A DNA stretch of 37,642 nt, taken from positions 1 to 37,642 of the IMG/VR virus record IMGVR_UViG_3300026543_000013; one strand, given 5' to 3'. The notes beneath the pieces were generated by a model. It was given only the letters and a program-made list of their open reading frames with translations, ran no database searches and had not been told where the DNA came from. The position numbers and the translations under genes are program-made. This DNA comes from a virus (lineage: Duplodnaviria > Caudoviricetes). Below are positions 1 through 5,912 of this stretch, piece by piece (position 1 is the first letter of the stretch; each line of letters begins with the position of its first letter).

Positions 1-117
1 CCTACAGATGGAATGCTTGAGGCTACAGGGCATAAGCGGCTAAGGGTTAATAAGATTAGCTATGTTAAAGATGAATCTATCTAACTATTAACGGAGACAA
101 TCTTATGAAACGAATCA
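1..117 (+). repeat. Terminal direct repeat copy 1 (identical to 37526-37642)
   Basis: cctacagatg...gaaacgaatca is present at both ends and cuts through the 37394 ORF, as expected for an assembly circularisation overlap. Confidence 0.95.
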
Positions 118-347
118 AATATTTTATAATGCTGCTTATTACTCATCGTGAATACTGCATTCGATGCAATGAAAGTAGCCATCAATACCGGATAGAGTGG
201 CGCAGGGCAGAAAGGCAGAAAAGCCTACCAATGATGGAAGCGGCCATGAGCGATAACGACACACGCCTCGAAGCAATAAAGGCCAGCTACTTTTCAGACA
301 AAGACGTTTTACGCCATCACTATCTCGGAGTACTCACTAATGGATAA
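105..347 (+). CDS. hypothetical protein
   Basis: GGAGA RBS; overlaps the next ORF in operon style. Confidence 0.65.
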   Translation: MKRIKYFIMLLITHREYCIRCNESSHQYRIEWRRAERQKSLPMMEAAMSDNDTRLEAIKASYFSDKDVLRHHYLGVLTNG

Positions 348-618
348 CAACCTAATACAGGCAATTAAAGAGTTACCCGACTACATTTCCAATAATTTAA
401 AAAATGAAGATGAGGTCATAGCCCTTATCAACAAATCATTCGAGGGAAAGGATCTGGTTCCCTCTGGATTGGTTAAGGATGCGTACAAGGAGGCATTCTA
501 CACCGATACTAAAATCGGATGGAAAAGAGACTGGGACAGCAGCGAGGCAAAAGTTATTTTAACGGGCAGAGCTGAAGATTACAAAGCCGTTCTAGCACAG
601 GGGAGTAATAAAGAATGA
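340..618 (+). CDS. hypothetical protein
   Basis: GGAG RBS; coupled to neighbouring ORFs. Confidence 0.7.
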   Translation: MDNNLIQAIKELPDYISNNLKNEDEVIALINKSFEGKDLVPSGLVKDAYKEAFYTDTKIGWKRDWDSSEAKVILTGRAEDYKAVLAQGSNKE

Positions 619-920
619 CTTATATAACCGAGATTATACCAGATTCATGGCCTGATTGGGCTAAAGATGCATTTGATGACGGTCAGTTTTTCAGAATAGC
701 CGTAGAGAAAGTCATAGACCTTGAGGCACAACTATCCAAAGAGTGGATAAGTGTTGAGGATAGATTGCCTGAAAAGGGCGTGAAGGTTCTTATTGGGCGC
801 GATGATAATGTTGGTCATGCAAAGTTTAACGGCCACAGCTGGACAATAATTTCATCAAATGACGTAGTTGTTCCGAGTCAAGTAACCCACTGGCAACCAC
901 TCCCAAAGGCGCCAAAATGA
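615..920 (+). CDS. DUF551-domain phage protein
   Basis: WISVEDRLPE...VTHWQPLPKAP signature. Confidence 0.85.
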   Translation: MTYITEIIPDSWPDWAKDAFDDGQFFRIAVEKVIDLEAQLSKEWISVEDRLPEKGVKVLIGRDDNVGHAKFNGHSWTIISSNDVVVPSQVTHWQPLPKAPK

Positions 921-1105
921 CCATCTTCATCAACTGCACCCTAATGCTAATCATTGGCCTATCTATGGCCTACTGGAGCGCTATACGGGCTAAATACAGA
1001 CGCTTTAACGATTGGTGTACAAGTAGCGGGATTATGGGTGCAATCGTCTATGCGGGCGTATGTGGCTCTTTAGTGTGGATTGTGTCGTATAGCCTGGGCT
1101 TATAA
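917..1105 (+). CDS. small membrane protein (2 TM)
   Basis: ATGA coupling; two hydrophobic segments. Confidence 0.65.
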   Translation: MTIFINCTLMLIIGLSMAYWSAIRAKYRRFNDWCTSSGIMGAIVYAGVCGSLVWIVSYSLGL

Positions 1106-1131
1106 ACCTATAACAGAAGAGGGTTAGATAG

Positions 1132-1314
1132 ATGAAATTATCGGAATTAAAAATATTGGTTGATGAGTGGATTGCTACTGATGATTGGGACGATGCTGAA
1201 ATTGCTTTGTTTGACTCTGATGGTAACTCCGTACCCAGCAACATAGAGATTACCTTCGAGTGTCTGCCGGATAGAATTGACGGTTATGAAGCTCTTGGAT
1301 TTACCGAAGTATAA
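1132..1314 (+). CDS. acidic hypothetical protein
   Basis: GAGGG RBS; MKLSELK start is typical of small phage proteins. Confidence 0.7.
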   Translation: MKLSELKILVDEWIATDDWDDAEIALFDSDGNSVPSNIEITFECLPDRIDGYEALGFTEV

Positions 1315-1342
1315 CACTTATCACCACTAAAGAGGCAGGTAA

Positions 1343-1540
1343 ATGTATATCCCAGACCCAATTGAAAGGATGAATAGCAATATCGAGAACATGATAGATG
1401 ATGTGTTTTCCGGTGTCCCTGATGGTAAGGCTCGCTGTATGGGCTGCAAGGGAATCTTTGATGAAGATGATTTACACGCCGCTTCAGGGCATCCTGACTC
1501 GCCGGCAGGTTGTGCTAAATGCCTCGGGTTTGATAGATGA
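1343..1540 (+). CDS. putative Zn-finger protein
   Basis: CMGC...CAKC; GAGG RBS. Confidence 0.7.
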   Translation: MYIPDPIERMNSNIENMIDDVFSGVPDGKARCMGCKGIFDEDDLHAASGHPDSPAGCAKCLGFDR

Positions 1541-1713
1541 CAAAGGTATTTATAGGCGCATACAAAGGCTCTGACATCTACCTGGATGATAAGGAAGATA
1601 AGGCTGCAATAGCACTGATAACGCATCAACAAGACGAAATAGAACGCCTTACAAGGGTTGATCCTGAGCTTAAGGCGACAATGGGTAGGATTATTGAGAG
1701 AGAGGGTAGTTAA
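1537..1713 (+). CDS. hypothetical protein (58 aa, MTKVFIGAYKG...; not in ORF track)
   Basis: ATGA overlap with the upstream stop; fills the gap exactly. Confidence 0.65.
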   Translation: MTKVFIGAYKGSDIYLDDKEDKAAIALITHQQDEIERLTRVDPELKATMGRIIEREGS

Positions 1714-1714
1714 T

Positions 1715-1963
1715 ATGAAAGATGATGAAACGTTTACTTTTTCACACTTTACCGATAACGGCATTGTTCTCGGATTGGAAGACCGTCCATATGAAGGAAT
1801 GAAGCCATCGTGCCTGATTTTTTCAACCCTGAACAATAATGGCGAGACTGAAATCGTCACTATGGACTTAGAAGGAGTTGAGGTTAGTCGCAGGGCTGTG
1901 ATTAAACGCGGCGATGTTATTGAAAAATCTGGCAATGTTACTCATGTTCGATTCAAGGATTAA
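1715..1963 (+). CDS. hypothetical protein (start revised to MKDDETF)
   Basis: GAGGG RBS before ATG 1715. Confidence 0.65.
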   Translation: MKDDETFTFSHFTDNGIVLGLEDRPYEGMKPSCLIFSTLNNNGETEIVTMDLEGVEVSRRAVIKRGDVIEKSGNVTHVRFKD

Positions 1964-1997
1964 ACGTCTGTAGGGTCACCACCAGTGCCGGTTTATA

Positions 1998-2010
1998 AAT
2001 CAATGACTTA
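1998..2010 (+). promoter_or_regulatory. IHF-binding consensus
   Basis: AATCAAtgacTTA matches WATCAANNNNTTR. Confidence 0.5.
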
Positions 2011-2082
2011 AGAAATAATAGGCATATACGGTCATCACTTAAAACCCTTCCCATCCATCCCGACCATTACCGTAGCCAGTCT

Positions 2083-2289
2083 TCATAAGCCTTTAGCCTC
2101 TTCAATAAGAGTTAAATAAGGGATGGATAATGGAATGGTTGTTCCAGAAGTCGTTATCTTTGGCGGGTTAAGACAGCCATGCTCGCCACAAGTCCACACG
2201 AACTCACCGCAGGACATATTCATATAATGGCCTTCGTCGCCACATGCACAAACAGCGCTCCTGTGTGAAAAAACTTGCATCATAATCAT
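2083..2289 (-). CDS. Cys/His-rich hypothetical protein, lone minus-strand gene in the + arm
   Basis: CAC...CGEHGC motif; upstream structured leader. Confidence 0.5.
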   Translation of the reverse strand: MIMMQVFSHRSAVCACGDEGHYMNMSCGEFVWTCGEHGCLNPPKITTSGTTIPLSIPYLTLIEEAKGL

Positions 2290-2295
2290 CTCAAT

Positions 2296-2318
2296 TAAAT
2301 AAGGGGTTGCTAGCCCCT
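2296..2318 (-). terminator. possible intrinsic terminator/attenuator hairpin
   Basis: Minus strand reads AGGGGCT-AGC-AACCCCT followed by TATTT. Confidence 0.4.
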
Positions 2319-2541
2319 GGTTTCAGGTTTGATAAAGGCTATACCGCCCGATGTGCTTACTTTAATAGAGGGACACACATCGCAACTAAAGGTGGCCTAT
2401 TGTTGTTCCTGTGATTATTTTAACACAAACACCCCCAACCTTTTGATGTATATGTACTTATTCTGGGCGAAAACTTTCCGCCCAATATTACCTCATTATA
2501 TAACCCCTTAATAATTTATTATGTCAGGGGTTAATATTTAA

Positions 2542-2570
2542 TAGACAAGCGGGCGGTATAAGACTAGTAT
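2542..2570 (+). promoter_or_regulatory. sigma70-type promoter
   Basis: TAGACA-17 nt-TAGTAT, directly upstream of a GC-rich hairpin. Confidence 0.6.
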
Positions 2571-2575
2571 TGGTG

Positions 2576-3155
2576 GTGCTGGGTGCAAGACAGTTTTGTT
2601 CCCAAGAAGAAGGTTTTCCCTTAATTCACCTTCCCCGGCACACGATTTAAAAAGAAATAAGGGCGTGTTTAAAAGCAATTGAGGTGTAGAAGTACATTTC
2701 CATATTATACCCCAAAACCGTTTTAAACAGAGTTGTTATTGATGCGAGTAAAGGTTTTTGAATCTGGCGGTTAATCATATCGTTATTAAAAGCTCCGAGG
2801 CCTTCGGGTAAAGAGTTAATTAAGTTTCAAATTCTGCTGTAATTAGTGGTTATCACGGCAGTGATACGGTAGGCCACACGGGTTCGAGTCCCGATAGCAG
2901 CACTCTCTTCAATAACATCTCCCAGTCCATTAGACGCAGTAACAATTGACACTGGCGAAAACGCAACTGTTATCCAGGTTAAATATTTAACACCTATATT
3001 ATTAATAACGTTAGAGCGCGGATAAAGCAGTGATTAGGCAGGGGCTGGGTTGATCTCCCGACAAGGCTGTAAATAGGATGCTGCATACCGTTAATGATAT
3101 TTGTAAACTCACAGAGTATTGGCATAGGGCTTGTAGCATCCCTGCCAAACGCTCT
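2576..3155 (+). ncRNA. putative large structured non-coding RNA (or RNA cluster)
   Basis: No credible + ORF; successive helices 2576-2583/2634-2641, 2666-2674/2721-2729, 2734-2742/2909-2917, 3013-3018/3150-3155 and GGATGCTGCA/TGTAGCATCC. Confidence 0.5.
2833..2902 (+). ncRNA. tRNA-like element (acceptor stem + T-arm, no valid anticodon arm)
   Basis: CGGG-TTCGAGT-CCCG T-arm; CTGCTG/TAGCAG acceptor-like helix; AGTGGTTA D-loop-like motif; no CCA. Confidence 0.55.
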
Positions 3156-3166
3156 ATAGGATAACT

Positions 3167-3343
3167 ATGATTAAATGGAAACAAACCAATAGATTCGAGG
3201 CTGTATCCAACGAGGGCCACAAGCTATTAAAGACCCTCCCTCACAGCCCAGAACCTATTTACAACGTATTTGACAAGGATGATAAGTATTTAGGCAGCAC
3301 CAGGGATAGGGCAGCAGTAAACAAATTAATTATTGGAGAATAG
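3167..3343 (+). CDS. hypothetical protein (58 aa, MIKWKQTNRF...; not in ORF track)
   Basis: AGGA RBS; stop 3 nt before the next start. Confidence 0.65.
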   Translation: MIKWKQTNRFEAVSNEGHKLLKTLPHSPEPIYNVFDKDDKYLGSTRDRAAVNKLIIGE

Positions 3344-3346
3344 ACA

Positions 3347-3643
3347 ATGACAAAAGCAACTAAAAAACCTGTAACTATTGAATTTGTGCGGTGGACTGGC
3401 GAAAATCACAGGGAGGTTTTTAACTTTCTGTTTGATGGTGATCTGCCAGAGGAGAATATGATTAAAACCGAGGGTAAGAACTTTTATATTTCTCACGGCA
3501 AGGTTCACGGGGGTCTGATGATAAAGACCTTAGAGGGTGAGCATAAAGCCAGTATTGGCGACGTGATTATAAGGGGCGTCGCTGGCGAGTTCTATCCCTG
3601 CAAGCCTGATATTTTTGAACAAACATACGATGTCGTAGATTAG
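3347..3643 (+). CDS. conserved phage protein (PGDYG-like family)
   Basis: KKPVTIE...IKTLEG...IGDVIIRGVAGEFYPCKPDIFEQTY. Confidence 0.8.
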   Translation: MTKATKKPVTIEFVRWTGENHREVFNFLFDGDLPEENMIKTEGKNFYISHGKVHGGLMIKTLEGEHKASIGDVIIRGVAGEFYPCKPDIFEQTYDVVD

Positions 3644-3679
3644 GCAGGTATAAGCACATTAATAACGGAGAAATAGAAA

Positions 3680-4312
3680 ATGAGTAGACCTTTACATATT
3701 ACCTTTACAGGAATTGATGACAGGACTGATTTAACGCGAGCAGATGAGCTTTCATCACAATACCGTATCGAATGGGGCGTTCTATTTTCGGCAGGTAATC
3801 GTGATGCCAGATACCCCTGCGCTCAAGCTGTTAATGAAATCCTTGAAATATCAGGATTAAAGGCGGCTCACCTTTGCGGCGCTCTGGCCAGAAGCGCACA
3901 AACAGGAGTTATATCTGATGCCGTACATACCTCAAGATTTGATCGAGTCCAAATAAATGGCCATAACGTTATCGAAGAAAACATTCCAGCCATTGAGAAA
4001 AAATATGGAGTTCATGTTATTCGGCAGACAAGAAAGAATGAGTTCATGGATAACCCTCGCATTATGGAGCTATACGACTGTTCTGGTGGTCGTGGTGTTC
4101 TGCCCGGTCAGATACCAAGGCACCCCGGAAATGATTTATTTGTTGGGTATGCGGGGGGTATGGGGCCGGATACAGTAAAACAATATCTTTCAAAAATTCA
4201 AGGCGATGGTGATTTCTGGATTGATATGGAGGGCAATGTCCGCACAAAGGGTTGGTTTGACTTGGATAAGGTTGAGCGTGTTTGTGAAATTGTATTCGGC
4301 CCAGAGTTTTAA
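3680..4312 (+). CDS. TIM-barrel protein, phosphoribosylanthranilate isomerase (TrpF)-like phage family
   Basis: RVQIN, LYDCSGGRG, VGYAGGMGPDTV, WIDMEGNVR and FDLDKV parallel TrpF motifs (VQLH, LLD..GGTG, LAGGL.P.NV, DVSSGVE, KD..K). Confidence 0.7.
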   Translation: MSRPLHITFTGIDDRTDLTRADELSSQYRIEWGVLFSAGNRDARYPCAQAVNEILEISGLKAAHLCGALARSAQTGVISDAVHTSRFDRVQINGHNVIEENIPAIEKKYGVHVIRQTRKNEFMDNPRIMELYDCSGGRGVLPGQIPRHPGNDLFVGYAGGMGPDTVKQYLSKIQGDGDFWIDMEGNVRTKGWFDLDKVERVCEIVFGPEF

Positions 4313-4370
4313 TTTTAACCAATAAGGCACAGATAGATTTACTTAAATGAATTGAAGAGGATTGAATAGG

Positions 4371-4529
4371 ATGGAAATTTATATTTATATTTATATTTAT
4401 GGGGTGGCTGTAACGACTATGGCTAATGTCGATAAGGCAACTAAAAAGGAGTTTAGTGTGGCGATTATTCTTGCTGTGCTTTGGCCCGTTTACCTTCCGT
4501 CGAGAATTGTGCGGAAATTAACCCATTAA
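4371..4529 (+). CDS. small membrane protein with (IY)4 repeat (not in ORF track)
   Basis: MEIYIYIYIYG...IILAVLWPVYL; hydrophobic segment with WP motif. Confidence 0.6.
   Translation: MEIYIYIYIYGVAVTTMANVDKATKKEFSVAIILAVLWPVYLPSRIVRKLTH
4377..4400 (+). repeat. (ATTTAT)x4 tandem repeat
   Basis: Four perfect in-frame hexamers. Confidence 0.9.
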
Positions 4530-4549
4530 TCAGAGATGGAGAATAGAAG

Positions 4550-4918
4550 ATGAGACTAATAGCTTTATCGATAATATTTATGCTGGCAGCTTGCCAAGGC
4601 CCTCCGCCCGGGATCACAAAAGAAAAGGCGAAAAGCCACCCCCAGCGATGCATTCAGATATGTGTGGATCATCAGTTCTCAAACATGCATAGCACAGGGA
4701 CAAGTTGGGGCACTGGAAGCAGTTCGATGAATGGAATGAGTCAGCGAGATACATACTCCCTTGTCAGGCGCGGTTGTGCTGCCATCTATGAGGGTAAAGA
4801 GTGCTGTGTTGATAACGATGGTTACTATGGCACCTACAGGGATTTGATTGTAATACATCACTGGCCCGGAATACCTCATCTAAAATCACCTCAAAGGGCT
4901 GGCTACTGCCCCCCATAA
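4550..4918 (+). CDS. Cys-rich lipoprotein
   Basis: Signal peptide ending in lipobox LAAC; GGAGA RBS. Confidence 0.7.
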   Translation: MRLIALSIIFMLAACQGPPPGITKEKAKSHPQRCIQICVDHQFSNMHSTGTSWGTGSSSMNGMSQRDTYSLVRRGCAAIYEGKECCVDNDGYYGTYRDLIVIHHWPGIPHLKSPQRAGYCPP

Positions 4919-4943
4919 CCCACACTACTGAGAGGCAGATGTA

Positions 4944-5216
4944 ATGACTTGGGACATAGCAACAAATACAAAGCCGAAAGCTCGCAAAGAGTATCGATGC
5001 CAGGCTTCGGAATGCATAAACAATATTATGGGGCCCGGCGACTTTACGCCAGAGGAATTAATAGATTGGAACCAAGCAAAGGATGAAGGCTTTAAAATAC
5101 TCAAGGGCACCGTTTACATGAAAACAGACGGAATATGGGAAGGTGAAGCATCAGTATTCCGCGCACGCCCTGCTATGGATGATATTTGTATTAAGTATCT
5201 TCTTTACGATGAATAG
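4944..5216 (+). CDS. hypothetical protein (KARKEYRC family, Zn-finger-like)
   Basis: KARKEYRCQASEC motif common in phage ORFs; GAGG RBS. Confidence 0.7.
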   Translation: MTWDIATNTKPKARKEYRCQASECINNIMGPGDFTPEELIDWNQAKDEGFKILKGTVYMKTDGIWEGEASVFRARPAMDDICIKYLLYDE

Positions 5217-5223
5217 CACCTGA

Positions 5224-5252
5224 TTAACTATTAACCCTAAAAGCGCTATAAT
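5224..5252 (+). promoter_or_regulatory. sigma70-type promoter upstream of the late/structural operon
   Basis: TTAACT-17 nt-TATAAT. Confidence 0.6.
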
Positions 5253-5282
5253 GCCCACTATGGATAAACTTGGGGTATTGGC

Positions 5283-5480
5283 GTGGAATTCACTAAAGAG
5301 GACGTTCTCAACAGAAAAGAGCTTCCGATGTCTGAGAAGATAGACCACGCCTATTTCATCTACGAGGGCGATTACCCCAATAATCAATTCTGGGATGGCG
5401 GTGTATGCTATGTCCCTGTGAGATACAAGCAGGTACGCCACAAGCTGAGAGTGAACATCAAGCGAGCGGAAAGTGAGTGA
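5283..5480 (+). CDS. hypothetical protein
   Basis: GGGG RBS, GTG start, coupled to the next ORF. Confidence 0.55.
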   Translation: MEFTKEDVLNRKELPMSEKIDHAYFIYEGDYPNNQFWDGGVCYVPVRYKQVRHKLRVNIKRAESE

Positions 5481-5706
5481 CAATGACAAGAACAAAACAT
5501 TGCTGGGAATGCGGGCCATATCAGAAGGGAAGGAGCCAACAGAAGAGCAAAAGCTGGCGCTAGAGAACCATGCGCGTTTTATGATTGCATTCAGGCACTT
5601 TATCGAACATATGGTAAACTACTGGAAGCGCTGGATTTTATTCTTATTGGGCAGTTTAATCGGCGGCTTTTCTTTCCGTGATACAATAGAAACTTTATTT
5701 AAATAG
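5473..5706 (+). CDS. hypothetical protein with C-terminal TM helix
   Basis: WILFLLGSLIGGF hydrophobic segment. Confidence 0.65.
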   Translation: MSDNDKNKTLLGMRAISEGKEPTEEQKLALENHARFMIAFRHFIEHMVNYWKRWILFLLGSLIGGFSFRDTIETLFK

Positions 5707-5714
5707 GATTAATT

Positions 5715-5900
5715 ATGAATAATCAAGAGGTGTACGGACTTAAGCCAGTCGCTAGTGATAATGCGGAGAGCGGGAGTGCAGTAACTGTCAATGCCATCCA
5801 CCCATCGGCGGCCAATGATCGGAGCGCGAGATTTACCGAGATTCAAAAGTACAATCCTAGGCATGTGTTATTGTGGCCTTGTAAAGCAACTAGATTCTAA
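5715..5900 (+). CDS. hypothetical protein
   Basis: AGGA RBS; fills the gap before the large gene. Confidence 0.55.
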   Translation: MNNQEVYGLKPVASDNAESGSAVTVNAIHPSAANDRSARFTEIQKYNPRHVLLWPCKATRF

Positions 5901-5912
5901 ATAGGGTAAACA

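Noticed and set aside
1-117. 117-bp end repeat as a biological direct terminal repeat
   Set aside because: It starts mid-gene (Cro-like ORF), far from terS; more likely an assembler overlap
1106-1130. attC-like ends (TATAAC...GTTAGAT)
   Set aside because: Only 8 nt lie between the boxes, far too short for an attC site; no integron integrase
1327-1935. 202-aa minus-strand ORF and the many other antisense ORFs over structural genes
   Set aside because: They overlap well-supported coupled + strand genes and have no RBS or motifs; shadow ORFs
2329-2511. 60-aa + ORF, and the 3011-3220 minus ORF, in the non-coding tract
   Set aside because: TTG/GTG starts without an SD, atypical composition, and overlap with hairpins or a better ORF (3167)
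2500-2533. dif/Xer or telomere-resolution-like palindrome
   Set aside because: Poor match to XerC/XerD arms, the palindrome is interrupted, and no recombinase or protelomerase gene is present
2849-2869. Minus-strand GTATCACTGCCGTG resembling a type I-F CRISPR repeat start
   Set aside because: The CTGCC/GGCAG stem and 3' handle are missing; single copy with no array
2878-3110. Permuted two-piece tmRNA (T-arm followed by GGGGCTG...CGAC)
   Set aside because: GGGGCTG cannot pair with the TAGCAGC acceptor strand; no CCA and no tag reading frame
3040-3145. Pistol ribozyme or SRP RNA resemblance (TAAATAG; GGGGCT...CTCCCG)
   Set aside because: The pistol pseudoknot/GCG junction and the SRP GGAA-loop core are absent
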